A stretch of DNA of 64,000 bases from Saprolegnia diclina VS20 (lineage: Eukaryota), in the NCBI RefSeq assembly GCF_000281045.1, contig NW_008246075.1, forward strand, positions 181,476-245,475. The letters are read 5' to 3'. The notes beneath the pieces were generated by a model. It saw only the letters and a list, made by a program, of their open reading frames with translations, did not search any database and had not been told where the DNA came from. Position 1 is the first letter of the stretch. Every line of letters starts with the position of its first letter. This document shows positions 1-13,140 of this stretch, piece after piece. A program made the position numbers and the translations under genes.

Positions 1-459
1 CCACAGGACCGTCACCATCTACGCGCACATCCGACACCGGCGTCGCAGTAATGTCTCGATCGGGCATGCTCCCGATCGATGTACACATCACGATCAAGTC
101 TGGTGGCGGGCCGGTTGTGGTTGGATCGTGATGGCCTTGGCACACGAGATCACGTGCAGCGACGCGAGCACCTGATTCGTGAGAGTGGACGTCGGCATCA
201 AGCCATTGAGCGCCAAGCAGTCATTACGTAGGGTAGCACACGCAGCCATTGTTGCATTATCATAATAACAGGGCTCGCAGCGCTCGCAATGATTCATACC
301 GTCGCCAAGTTCCCGCGCTGTGAGAGCTCCAAAAATGAGCTCAGCTGCCTGATGCTTCCGACCATCGTTCCATTGGTGTAGCAGGACACCCTTCCAATGG
401 TTTCATTTCAAACCGAGAAAGTAACTGACGTGAATAATACACGTCCCATAACCATCCAG

Positions 460-1846
460 ATGGAACCCAAGCACAAGCAGGCGTATGCCGAGGTGCCGCC
501 CCAAGTTCAGATGGAGGTTGCCATGGATCGCTTAAGTCGCTATGTACGCGTTGAATTCAACCTCTCCGCCCCCCAGCCTACTGCATCGATGGGTCAGCCA
601 CCATTCCAGGCACCGGGATCAAACAGCAGAGCACGATGCAGGTGCGCAAAGATTGAGCTATGGATATAGAGAATCGTTCGTTTAGTCACTTGGCGCCATT
701 TCAGCAAAAGAAGATCGTGCGCAACATAGATGTAAGCCTCTGCATTGCTTGATGTCATTGATTGAGTCAAGTATAGGACCTCCACCTCAAATCAATTGCC
801 GTAATCGGCGTCAGCGGCATTGGGGGCATCGTTGCTGAAATGTTCGCACGCTCCAACGTTAGCAAGCTCACCCTCGCGGACAAAGGTACCGCAACAGCCG
901 CTGCAGCCATCGCTTGTATCGCCGATCAATAGGCGTTGTCAAGATGGCGAGTATGGGACGCATGTTCCACACGGCCGATCAAGTTGGGATGAGTAAGGCG
1001 CAGGCTGCTCGACTGCACTTGCGCCGACTTAATCCGCAAGTAACAGTCGAAGCATTCCACTGCGACGTCACCGATGGTTCGTTATACATCAATGAAACCA
1101 TGGGTCGAGCAATGCCAGCAGATTTGGACTACGATGCCCTGCTTGCAATCTTGCAAGATGTGAAGACGCGCTACCGCGATGATGACGACCGTGCAGCCAA
1201 TATCGGAGCAGACATTATCATAAGTTCGCTGGACAACCAACCTGCGCGGCTTCGCGTTAACCAGGTCATGCAAACTACTCTTCCACAGGCATTGCATCTC
1301 ACGTATCGTCGCACTAGATGGCACTGCAACTGAGTATTCCGCTTGTCGATGTGGCTTTGTCTCCGTGCAGCTCCTACATTTCAATCCAGTCCGTGTTTCC
1401 AGGCTACAGTGCATGCTACCAGGTTCTTGTGTCCATTCCTCGTTATGATTACCTCAAATGAACTGAGGGCAGTGCCACCGGTCGGCTACCAGTTCGCATG
1501 ACGATGAAGCGACACTTGCGGACGCGATCGCGCAACTACATCCCGCGACATTGCCACAGACGGAGCTTTTGGCCGCTGGATTGGTTTCCCAATGCGCCTT
1601 GAAGTGGCAAATAAAAGCGTCACAAACGCAACGTACTCATACTGTTGTAGACTCCTCCTCGAGTTTGGGGACGCCATTCCGTTCTATCGCGTTGACTGTT
1701 TGGAGCTTGCTGTCTCGACCTTTTGGTTCCGGCCCAGCTCCGAGTGTAGCGAAGATCTTTGCAAAGTCCGTCAAGCAGAATACAAGGCCGAGATCATTCG
1801 TCGCAACATCGCTGGTATTCAACCAACCGACGACACCTCATTGTAG
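460..1846 (+). CDS. UBA5-like ThiF/E1-family protein, multi-exon, probably catalytically degenerate
   Basis: Spliced translation gives IAVIGVSGIGGIVAEMFARSNVSKLTLAD, QVGMSKAQAA...LNPQV, SSLDNQPARLRVN, IQSVFPGYSACYQ/C, LPQT...AGLVSQCALK/LLLEFG and RPSSECSEDLCKVRQAEYK. These segments are colinear with UBA5. The 5' exons and start codon are uncertain. Confidence 0.8.
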
Positions 1847-1854
1847 GTCTCTGG

Positions 1855-2491
1855 TTAAAAAGCACCTTGAAACAACTTTTTCAGTCTTTTCGCCCCCGTA
1901 GCAACCAAGCTCAAGATGTGAGCCTGCTCCTTCCCTATTTGAGCTCCGCTTGTGAGCACAATTCTTGGAATAAACACTTTGACTGTACGTAGCATTGCGT
2001 TGGTTGGCTGAAGAACGATGGCGCGAGCGATATCGAGCTTGGCTTTGTCAAAGTCGCCTGCTCGCACATACGCCTGGCTACGGCGATACCATGCCTTAAC
2101 ATTTGATGGGTCGAGCTGCAGTGCCTAGATTACTCAGTCGAAGTGAGCCAGAGCACTCAAATGGATGTGACCTTGGAGCAATGGTCCTCACACTCGGTGG
2201 CTGCAAATATCTCCGGATCTTGTAGATGGCATGCAGCCGCGTTGACATGCAGAATGGCCAGGTGCTGGCGCAGCAGCTCGACCTCGGCAGGTGCCAACGT
2301 GCACAAGTCGGGGCAAGTGAGCAAACGGAGCCCCTAAGGAGCGAAGTGGTCGAAGGTAGATTCATGTTGAGTGCGAAGCCTACTTGCTCGTAGCATGCCT
2401 TGGCCCTGACAAACTGCTTGGCCTGGAAGGCTGCATTGCCGTCGACTTTCCACACTTCCGCCAGCTCGACCTTGGCCCTTGCGATGCCCAT
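1855..2491 (-). CDS. Small TPR-domain protein (Hsp90/Hsp70 co-chaperone-type TPR), multi-exon
   Basis: Contains AEVWKVDGNAAFQAKQFVRAKACYEQ, LHVNAAACHL and DPSNVKAWYRRSQAY...GDFDKAKLDIARAIVLQPTN, typical of a three-TPR carboxylate-clamp domain. Confidence 0.8.
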
Positions 2492-2774
2492 AGCAATATC
2501 ATTCGCAGCAAATAGTGTGCGCCGAGCTCTCACCGTACTGGTAACATTGCTGATGTGGCATGGCAGCATATGAGTCGCAATCTCGCGAGCAATATTGCCT
2601 TTCATGGCATAGTACTTCGTCAGGTTTGTTGGCTAAAACTGGCGCTTTGGTCCATGCCGCGGCCGCGCTGGGGAGCAGCATCCGCAGTATCAAAACATAC
2701 CATGTCTTGCCTCGCTTCAAATAGTGTTACTATTTGAATATAGTATAAGGCGGTGCATTTCTTTTGTTTGTGGC

Positions 2775-3065
2775 ATGAGCAGCATCAACCTGGGCAACGT
2801 CGCCCTCGGGCGCAAGCTCCTCGACGAGCTGATGGCCAAGGGCGCTCCGGTTCCCCGCGAGTTTGTCATGGTGCAGGAGATGCTCGAAGCCTGCGAGCGC
2901 AACTCTCTTCAAGTGGCCGCCAACATTGCTGACGCCCGGCGCGAGAAGTCTCAAGCGCGGCTCAAGGGCAACGAAGCGCTTCTCAAGGAGCAGAACGACT
3001 TGTTTGAGAAGATTGCTGCCGCGTACAACTGCCTCGCAGCCACAGATGAGTGGACAAAGAAGTAA
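2775..3065 (+). CDS. Hypothetical 96-aa helical/coiled-coil protein
   Basis: Intronless ORF (MSSINLGNVALGRKLLDELM...) with GC3-rich, gene-like codon usage, preceded by the INR-like GCATTTCTTTTGTTTG. Confidence 0.7.
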   Translation: MSSINLGNVALGRKLLDELMAKGAPVPREFVMVQEMLEACERNSLQVAANIADARREKSQARLKGNEALLKEQNDLFEKIAAAYNCLAATDEWTKK

Positions 3066-3093
3066 CATCAACGAGACAGCGCGTGCATTAGTA

Positions 3094-6020
3094 TTAGATG
3101 GGGATGCACTTGGATTCCCAGATACGGTTGCCAACGTACTGCAAGCGCAGCGACACATAGCGCAGCGCGATCCCCTGGAAGAGGAACGCCAGATAGCTGT
3201 CCTTCTGGAGCATCTCTTGAAACTTTTGCAGCGTCAAGACGTACACGATACTCGGTTCCGTCTGTAGCAGGCGTGCCATAAGCGCCCAGCCATGAGATAA
3301 TGGAGACTACATACCGCGTACATCGACGTCTTGCGCTTCTCACCTGTCAAGAGACAGAGCTCGCCGATCAACGCACCCACCGGAATGTCCTCCTAAGCAA
3401 TCGCAAAGTTGTCAGCCCAAGTTTTTGTATAAGGCGCGACTTACCGTCGTGCCGGCTTCCTCTTCGACGATTGCCTGAAGTCGACCCTCGGCCAAGATCA
3501 TGGACGAGTTGGAGGAATCGCCCTGACGCCACACGCAAGTGCCGGCTTCGAGTACTTGACGCTCGAAGTACCCGAGGAGCGAGAGAATGACATCCGGTGA
3601 CTCGTGCGGGCAGAGCACCTCCAGGCGCGAAATGAACGCCGGCTTCTCGGGCTGCGGCGAGAGCGACACGGGCGTGTGCAGAATCTTGTATTGCTGCAAA
3701 AGGCTGTTTTCGCACCACTCGATGGCGCCATTGAGATCGTTGGCCGCGTAGAAGCGGCAGCGCGACTTGGACGTGCCAAAAGACGCCACCATCGAGGTCT
3801 TGAAGCGTTCGTAGGCCGCAGGAATGGCAGTGAAGACGAGATGCACGTCATGGGCCGCGCAGACGTGCCTAGCCACATCGTACATGTGAGATACATTTGA
3901 AGTAAACCCTCAAGGCGCACTTGAGCTTCGTCAAGCGATCGGCAGCAGACGAGTCGAGTGCGACGACCAGTGTGAAATCCACGACGAGGTACTCCAGATG
4001 CGGCGAATCATCGAGGATTTTGGCCACGTACTCGGAGAGTTTGTGGATGTTACCAAAAAACAAGTGGCCCTAAATGCAAGAATCAGTGTGCTCCAAACAA
4101 GTAACGTGTCACACCTTGAGCTGGACGACGTGGACGTTGCGCATCATGCAATCGAGTATCTCCAAGTCTGCTGTCGAGCGCCACGCCGTGCTACGCAGCG
4201 TCGCCGCCGACATACTGCCCCGCAAGGGGCCTGCCGGCGCGCTCTGTACCACAAATGTAATGCACGCGAGAAGCGCTCCCACCGCCAGGCCTATCGCCAT
4301 GAGCCGACGACGTGTGGATGTGATCATACCTTCGTTCATGCCCCAAAAGGTCATCGTGAGGGCGATAATCCAGACATTCGTGTACTCGAAGAGATCGAGC
4401 TCGTGATACGTGTCGACGACGGCTTCCTTGCACAAGTCGAGACCAACGTGAATCATGAGGCAGCCGGCCATGCACCGGGGCACGTATGCCACGGCGCTTG
4501 GGCCAGTGAAGAAAAAGATGCTCAGAATGGCGCCGATCAAGAACGACTGGATGCGACCGCCGCCGCCGCACTTGTAGTAGAGCGCAGACGTCGAGTAGCA
4601 AAGGTAGTTTTGTACACTGCCGCACGCTCCGCCAAGCGTGTTGGAGATGCCCTATGCACGATGTCAGAGTACATGCCAGATAAAAATGCAGGTACGTGGG
4701 CCTTGAGCTCTTCATTGATGTCGACTTCAAGGCCCGTCGTGAGACTCAAGGACGGAATGTTGATCGGAACGTGCATGAGCGAGAAGAGACTAAGGCCCAC
4801 GAGCGTGCCCATTTGCTTGGGGATAACGGACCATTCGACGAGCGAGAAGTCATAGTACGTCCAAAGGGCGTAGAAGGGCACTTGGGGCGGCTTGTCAAAG
4901 AACCAGCCGTTTGCGCGGGCCGTCTATGATGGCTTAACACAAGTTCTTTGATGTAGCAACAGCACGCACCTCAGCTGGAATACCGCAGAGGAGCAGGACA
5001 ACGTAAAAGAGCGGCGGAATGGACACGAAGAAGAAGGGCGAGCAGAGAGGCGACTTGTTGAAACGGAGAAGAACGCCGAGGGCAAAGACGAGGATGACCG
5101 ATACGATCCAAAGCCAGACGATATCGTTTTGGACGAGACGCACCAAACCGACGTACGTCCACTCGAACGAAACGCCGGTCGCGTTTTGGATCCCGCTCTG
5201 CACGACGAAGGCCCCTAGACTTTTTGAGTCCTTGTGGCCAAAGAAGATCATCATACCAATGCCGCCAATGGCGCCGATGATGATGTGCTTGGGGAAGAGG
5301 TATACGATAGAGCCGAGACGAAAGTGGCCCAACGCGTAAAAGAGAATTCCGACAATGATCGTCGAAAGCGCATACGTCACGAGAATGGTGGGCAGCGCCT
5401 TGGGCGAATCCATACCGACTTGGTTGAGAATCGACATGGACAGCGTGTGCATGAACGGAACATTCTCGACCATCATCATGCCCACGGAGCAATCAAACGA
5501 GCTTCGCGCTACGACAGAGGGTGAGATTCCGTGGACGAGGATGATACAATCGCGCACCCGCAAAGATGAACTGACAAAGCACGGTCGTGAGGAGGAACAT
5601 TTGAATGCCGATCGCGCGGGGCGCCGGCATCTCGTCCCACTCGAGAGGAAAAAACGAAAGCCCGAACGGAATGCAAATCATAAGGTTCAGGAGCACGGCG
5701 ATGAGGACACTCGGCAGCGACTTGACCACAGACATGGCCGTAACCTTCTCTTCGCGCATGCTTGGCTCCCGATGCAGCGCCGTGCCGTGCATCGAGCGCT
5801 CGAGCGGCGATGTGCACATGGAGATATCGTGATGGTCGTAGTCCATGCGAAGCGGCGGCGTCTTGAAGAGCGCCTTTTCGGTCCTGCGGTTCTGTTGCAT
5901 GGCCGCCATGTCTGGCGCGGACCGCACTTGGGGCATGGTGAGGACGATGTCCTCGTCGGCCATCGCTGCGAGGTGCTCAGCTGACACGGACGTGCGGAGG
6001 AGCGACGTCTTCTCGTTCAT
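3094..6020 (-). CDS. SulP/SLC26-family transporter with STAS and C-terminal cNMP-binding domains (yeast Vsb1-like architecture), multi-exon
   Basis: TM segments (LLNLMICIPFGLSFFP, MMVENVPF, FPKHIIIGAIGGIG, HVPINIPSL); STAS (FFGNI...YLVVDFTLVVALDSSAA...DLNGAIEWCENSLL); cNMP domain (GTCVWRQGDSSNS..LAEGRL). Confidence 0.88.
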
Positions 6021-6150
6021 CTTTGCAAATGAGCCCACGTCCCACGTCAAGGGCAAAGTGAGCTTTTCGTGGCACTTGAATTTCCGCACCCAGGACCCAA
6101 TTTATTCCAGAAAGCCTATGGGCACCAGTTCGATACAAAAATCAAGTTAT

Positions 6151-8589
6151 TTAATACAGTTGCGTCAGCGGCGTATCTCGCGCGCTGGGATAGCCAGCGA
6201 GTTGAAGTTTGAGTGGCGGGTCGAGTAACACCAAGTCATGGTGTCGGACCAGGCGGCGAGGGAGAGGGCGCTTGCCGCCATTCATCGATGACCCTTTGGA
6301 CCACAGACGTGTCCCAAACCACGTTACGGCCAGGTGGTCTTCCCATGGATCCATTGCAAGTGGGTTCGACCAGCTTCTTGTGTTTCCGAGATCACAATGC
6401 ATGGCCATGTAGCAGCATCACCTGTTCCATGCACAACCAGCTTGGCGGGACAGCCGTCTTCAGCTCTACACCGTCACCATGTACTAGTATGTGAATAATA
6501 TATCCTACGCATGACCGTGTTTGGCCAAACACACGGTGCCGATCAGCGGCAGCGTGATCCACGCTCGTCGACACGGACACAGCACAAGCGCTGCCAACCG
6601 GAGCAATCCATTCAATTTCTTCCACGAGCTGCACGATCACATGCGTGTTTAAATCATGCGCTTAGTCGCTTGGGTCCGTCGCGCCATCCTCTTTATCGGG
6701 CTCGTGGCCAACGCTTGCCCAGTCGAGTACGCGGAGGCGGCGAGGCACGATAAGCTTGGAACCGAGACTGACTTCGCTCACAACGTACTTCAACTTTTCT
6801 CGCTTCATTGCAATGCGGTTGAAATCGGAGATGCTAAGCACATCAAGCGCCCACAGAGCTTGCTGCGCAAGATCTGACGTCTTCCAGTCCGTAGTCTTGG
6901 CCTAAAGTTTGGATCATAACGTCTGCAGGCATCTGCACTCGGCCAACCTTTTCCGCTTTGATTGCAATTTCGTCGGAATTTGGGTCGTCCGGAGGTGAAG
7001 CCATCATTTGCAGTTTGAGTGCATCAAGCTCCTCTTGTTCCGTTAGCCTCTTGATCACGACAGTCGGGGCTACGGGAGGCGGCACCGCGACAGGCACAGG
7101 GTCGTCTTTCTACAAGATAGTATCAATCATATCCTACCACGCAAACCTGATCCCGACCGCCGACGCAAGTTGAGTGTGGAACCCTCTGGAGCGCTTTAAT
7201 AGCCGAATCGCGGCTTCGACACCGCCGTGCTGGCCAATGAGTTTGGACAAGCGCTCTACACACTCATTGGCAACTTGGATTGCCAAGGAATTGAAAGAAC
7301 TTCGAACCATCGTGGGGACGTCCAGCCTCCTCGTCCGCCTCGAGTCGCTCCGGTGATACAAGGGCCACCATGAGACGGCACGCATGGACATAAATATCGG
7401 AATATGTCGAGGGAAAACGAGCAAGTGAGCGGCCAACAGCGGCGACGGCGTTCGTCACCAGAATCTCGTCGATACAGCGTGCAAAGTCTACACCGCACGA
7501 TACAATCGCGATAATGAGAACTTCTCAAGTACCTTCATCGTCGCGCACAACACGGACGTGATTGTCAAGACGCTTGATGCCTGCCAATTGTACCTGGAAG
7601 TTGATATTGGTTAGTGCACATGTGGAACAGCATAATGTGGAGTTTTCGCACAATGGGTGATTCTTCATAGTCGTTCATCAATTCGACAATGACGCCGATA
7701 GAGGCCGACTCCATGCGCTTCACGGATTCGTCACCAGCGTACAAATCTATGGCAACGTGATCACTATCGGTATGCGTGTCGAAGTCGTCCTACTTTTGAA
7801 AATACTCTTGACGTCCTGGCAAATGAATGTGTCGAGAGCGTTTTCGTCCATGACTCGGTTAAGCACGGGGATCGACGCACTGTGGGCATAGATGTACTCC
7901 CGCGCATCCTTTATAACGGTGATCATGCGCAGGCAACGCAACGCCATGCTATCAAATTTCAGTGCTTGACGGATACCAAATGCATTGATGCGGGTGGTAC
8001 CGCAAAAGCGAGGTTTGGTTGCGTGGAATGTCGTACTCTGCCACAGGCTCGTACAGATCTGGAAACGGGTCGGGCCGCCGCAATCGCGCAAAGAGCCCTA
8101 CGAAACACGTAACACAAAGCGTATCGTTGCAATCGCACGTTTTTTCGTGTCAAACTCTGGGGCTGGTACCATGCTGCCGTACGTCTCGACAATGCGAAGC
8201 AGGACCACAATCGCGGCCTCGTTGTCCGCGACCAACTCGACTTCAGTCGACAACGCGTTCTCGTCCAACACGTTCATTTGATCAAGGACCGCGGCATTGT
8301 CTCTATCCGACGGTTTGATACCTTCGCCTTCTTCGCAAACTATGCAACGCAACGTGTCGAGCCAGCCACACTCTGCGCAGAAAAGCCGAAAGATCTTACT
8401 CTCCAAAAAGTACCGCGCCACTACACACACGCCACGTGAGAAACGCAGATGTATGCACGGTGCAGCGGACCATAGAGGTTCGGCTCGAGGAACGATGGGT
8501 ATGTCTGAGCAATCTTGACGTGCGCTTGGATCTCGGACCGAAGCATCGAGACAGAACCGCCCATGGGCAGTTTCGATACCCAATGACAT
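6151..8589 (-). CDS. Hypothetical multi-exon protein with ARM-like helical segments
   Basis: A chain of minus-strand ORF segments (NEAAIVVLLRIVETY, IYAHSASIPVLNRVMDEN, LIGQHGGVEAAIRLLKR, EQEELDALKLQM) separated by short intron-like gaps. Both ends are uncertain. Confidence 0.45.
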
Positions 8590-8625
8590 CCGGCAGACTG
8601 CTTTCCTCAGCATGGATTGGTAGAT

Positions 8626-9776
8626 ATGGACGTATTTTGACGAATCATCGGTGATAATTTTTATTGGGCAGCGCCCATTGGCCACGCGATTATGCGCCAT
8701 CACACTCGACATGATTGGCAAATACACCGCTCAAGACACCCGTGCCGGAGCTTCCGGTGCGTCAAGTGCTCTGCTTGCGCCCGTCACCATGTCATGTAGC
8801 GAGACAACAAGGAGTACAAGAATCAGTCGTACTGGGACTCGCGCTTCGCCTCGTACGTATCGTGGTAGCCTTCGATCACTTTCTAACGTCGCGCGTAGCG
8901 AAGAGTCGTACGACTGGCTCGCACGCTACAACGACGTCGCCGATCTCATCGTGCAATATGTGCCCAAGAGCAGCCGTATTCTCATCGTACACTGCCTGTT
9001 CACACCTCTTCATCAAATCTAAGATCTCACTTGCTGGCGTGATGTACTTAGGTGGGTTGCGGCAACTCGACGTTCAGCGTGGATTTGGTACGTCGCACGA
9101 CAATACAAGGTATTCATGACAAATTAACACCCTCACTGCTAGTACGATGCGGGCTACACCAACATCGTCAACCTCGACTTCTCCAGCGTCGTGATCGAGC
9201 GAATGAGTGCGAAATACACGGTATGCTGGATTCTACTTTGAATCGAGGCGATGAGCATTGCAACTGATTAGGAATCGCGCCCACTCATGCGCTGGGTTGT
9301 TGGCGACATGCTCAAGCTCTCCGAATCCTTTGGAGCAAGCTCCTTCGACGTCGTCATTGACAAAGCAGCCATGGATGCCCTCATGGTCCTCCTGTATGCA
9401 ACGCTGTCTGATCTAATCTTCGTCGCAGGTGGAGGGCGGCGATACGTGGTCTCCTGCAGAGCACCTTCTTGCTCAAGCCCGCGATATGTGCACGGGAGTT
9501 CAGAAGGTCCTGAAACCCGATGGTCTCTTCATTCAAATCTCATTTGGCCAGCCCCATTTTCGCAAGCGCTTCCTCCTCGTAAGCCTTCAGAAGTTTCAGC
9601 CTATGAATTTGGTTGATGCTATAGGGTGATGCGCCCGAAGCTGACGTGAGCACGGCATACGGCTGGACGTACAAGTACCATAACATTCGTATGTCTTAAC
9701 TCTACTCTCTCCTTGTACCTGACGCTAACCCATAGCGATTGGTCTCGGGTACTTCTTTTTCGTCATGCAAAAATAA
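8626..9776 (+). CDS. EEF1AKMT4/METTL13-N-like class I SAM-dependent methyltransferase, multi-exon
   Basis: Contains PELP/RDNKEYKNQSYWDSRF, YDWL, ILI/VGCGNS (motif I), NLDFS, FDVVIDKAAMDAL, VLKPDGLFIQISFGQPHFRKRFL and GYFFFVMQK*. The start is inferred from a two-codon first exon (ATG GAC/GT at 8626) and is uncertain. Confidence 0.85.
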
Positions 9777-9827
9777 GCCGCTGTGGCAATACAAAGTTGT
9801 ACTGCTTGATGCATTCTCTCACTCGCA

Positions 9828-12464
9828 TTAATTGGTGCCTGTCTCCAAATACTGACACAAGGTCGCGACAGGTTCGGCCAGCTCGAGCACGAGCGCATGG
9901 GCGAGGCGCACTTGAGTCTCCACAAGGCCCATACTCCAGTAAAGCACTATCGTGCCCATGCACAATACGAAGAAAATGGCAGCTTCGACTTGCTGTGGAT
10001 CGCGTTTCAAGGGCCACGAGTTTATCTACGTTGGGTTTGCTCAGAAAGATCAGTTATTTCCACAATATGGCATAATACCACACTCGTCGTGGCAGCGATC
10101 AGCTAACCAAAATCAATGTCAGTGCCACAACATTGCATCAGAAGTCGCACCGGAACCGACGGAGGATCAATGACAGCTGTGAGTCGAGGGCTGTAGTAGA
10201 GCTCCATTGGCGTGCCATGGACAACGCCCGGTGGCGGTAGCACAGCGTGTTCAGCCACGAATGCCAGCACATCAGCGTCATAGCTCACTGCGCGGACTTG
10301 CACGACGACATCTTCGAGCGATCGATCGAGCGTCCGAGTGAAGGCCCCGAGCACATCTTCCCAAACCGTCAAGATGCTGATGAGCGCACCCCACTCGACT
10401 GTTTTGGCATTCTGTATGGATCGTCATCGGTCTGCAGAAAGTTTGCTCGCACCTGGAAGTCGCCGTGCACTGTCGAGACGAGAACGTCGTAGATCTTGGC
10501 AAACATTTCTGACGCTTCTTTTGCAAATGCCTGCTGCTTTGTGGCAGTCGCGACCTCGGTTTCTTGAAACTCTACTCGTGCTAGTAACCCTTTCATTCAC
10601 GCACGACTTGCGTTTGACCTTGGAGGCTTTTCTGAAGCTTCTCGAGGCGGACACTGGCGGGGTCCCGCCAAGTGAGGACGACAAAGCGGTCCCGTTGGGG
10701 CAGCTGTGCCTCCGTCGACGCCTCTCTCTCCGCACTCTTTATTTGGCGCAGCCGAGCGTCCACTTCTCGGATCATCATTTCGTACCGGCTGCACGCGTCG
10801 CGCTGGTTGTTGCGCACTCCGATCCGCTTCATCTGGGTGTCGTTGACCATGTTGACAATCTGCCGCTTCGTGGAAGCTTGGGCCGCGCACATCGCTGCCC
10901 ATAACGGAGCAATGTTGCACCTACATCGAGATAGTCGCTGCATGTATTCGGGAAGGGATACAAAGAGTACCGGAGGGCATTGCCGTAGTCAGAGTGGGCA
11001 TGCGCGGCGATCTCGAGGCTTGCAAGCGCTTGGTCCCATGCCTTGTGGACAGATGGACCTTCGAGAGGTCCGAGGGTCCAATTCGCAGAAAGAAGCTGCT
11101 GCAGTCGCTTCGCGTGGGCTTCGTGTAAGGTTTGGAGCAGCTGAAAAATCTACCAAAGGCTCGTGATACAAAGCGTGCTGCGAACGCTATCGAAAACCTC
11201 GGCTAACTTGGCAGTAACGTCCCCGTCATTTCTCATTTGCGTCGCCACGCTGGTGAGGGAGGCGACAGATGCGTCAGACGACCCGTCGCCAGGTGTGTTT
11301 TCAAACGTTGGCATGCTCATGGATGACTACCGGAATACCAAGTCAGATCCCAAAGATGCACAAGCAAGCACCTCCAGTCCTTGACGCACGTCGACAAAAA
11401 ATGTGTCTGCGGCTAGCGACAGAGAGCGCGCCAGCTTGACGTAGACCTTGGCAAATGGGCCGAGAACTTTTCCTTGGAGACACTCGACTCGGTGCTCCTC
11501 AATATGATGCAACTAGTTCACAGCAGCTCCAGTACATACATTGAGCTTGACATCGTACCTCAGCAAGCTTCGTGAGGATGAGGAGGCGGTGGGCATCTCG
11601 ATTGCAAAGAACGTCCGCGTGGGCCGTCGCATAGACCGTTTGGGCCTCTCTGACGTCCGAGAGACTCTTCGAAAGCCGAGCCTCAATTGCATTCAGGACG
11701 TCGTGCTTGCGCTGCTGTAGCGAGGCCAAAGACGGCGTAGCTGCATCGGAAAGTGAGGCTCTGCCTGCAATATCACTCTCCAATTTGGTGTTGCTTGCTT
11801 CGCGTTGATCGAGTAGCGCCTCTGCGGCCTTGGCCGCTTTCGTATACCGATGCTTGACAGTCACGAGGTGTCCCTTTTTGCTGACTACATGTACGAAATA
11901 TGTATTTGGTCACGTCGCCAGATAGGAGCGGAGTGCGAGCTACCGTAGAGATCGTGCGATGTTCGAATGTCGACAAGAACCTGGCGTGTTTGGGCCTGGC
12001 ATTCACCGAGGTGAAGCTGAAGCGACGGAACGATCGAGCCCAACAGTTCGGATGCGGCGAGCTGCTTGGCGGTCATAATGTTGCGCACGTACGTTACTAG
12101 CTCCGTGTGCCAGACCTAGTGAGCGGTGAACATCTTCGATGACACCGGCGACTCGCCATGCCTGGTAGAGCTGCGTGACGTTTTCCGTCCTGTTAGCAGC
12201 TGAGTGAGCTTCTTAGCGTTGATGCTAGGATTACATGTGGGGCAGGCTTTTGACGGCGTCCAGCAACTTTTGGTGCATCTTGGCATGCTTCTCCTCGGCC
12301 TCACCGAGGTCGCGAACCAAAGCCTGGGTCGCGCGGAAGGTGGCATGCTATGTCATGCACCGTACACCCTCGAGTAGAATGAGACATCATGCACATACTC
12401 CTTCCACGGTCTTCTTCTCGACGATGTCCAGTCGGTAGCACAAGGCTGCGAGCGGCGTCGCCAT
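9828..12464 (-). CDS. F-BAR-like coiled-coil protein with C-terminal transmembrane helix, multi-exon
   Basis: The N-terminus MATPLAALCYRLDIVEKKTVEG/HATFRATQALVRDLGEAEEKHAKMHQKL resembles an FCH motif, and HHIEEHRVECL resembles the F-BAR 'EEERI' helix. The C-terminal AAIFFVLCMGTIVLYWSMGLV is hydrophobic. Confidence 0.55.
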
Positions 12465-13140
12465 CGTCGTCGGTTGCAAAGATCGCTATTGGCTCTCGAA
12501 ACCGCCTCAATTTGTTTTAAACGCATGGTTTAATACAGGTTCATCCTGAGAGCTTTTCTGAAGCACATTCTTGTGGTTGGCGTTGGTCGACATTCTCAGG
12601 ATGAACAACTCAAGGATACTAAATACCATCCCAGCCCAGCGGTGAGCTGAGGTGAGCGGTGATGCCAAAGGACATCACCAGAATCTGCCAAGCACGGTTG
12701 ACGCTTTAACGCGCCACCACAAGTCGTTGTCACCCTAACGTTATCAGCACAATGGTGTCCTGTTCGGGTTTGGTGCACAAAGAGTTGGCACTGGAGATGG
12801 CAAGCTCATGCAGCACTATTGCGTCGGTGGCCTCACTGCAGTGGTCGCAAACATCGAATTCGACCGCGTTCAAATCGCGTTTAAATCTTTCCCCGCAGTT
12901 TGACGCGTCCATCGGCGGGGCGACGCGGCCGCGCGTTACCCAATTATGATATCACATGCATTAAAATGGCGTTTCTCACGCATTTGTATAGGTAAAAGCC
13001 CGTGCATTTTACCCACTTGAGTCCACGGAGCCATCTCTGGGGTATTTTTCACTCGCGTTTTGTATGTAATGTCCCCTCGCCGCTTAGGACGCGACTCCCG
13101 CCTGGCCAGATGCACCGAGATCTGAATTTCTCAGCGCGCG

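Noticed and set aside
1..297. Possible 5' end of a minus-strand gene at the window edge
   Set aside because: Too short and lacking motifs to call.
12596..12912. Short minus-strand ORF with CDHC (FKRDLNAVEFDVCDHCSE), vaguely like a Helitron N-terminal fragment
   Set aside because: Similarity is too weak, and no Rep/helicase motifs or termini were seen.
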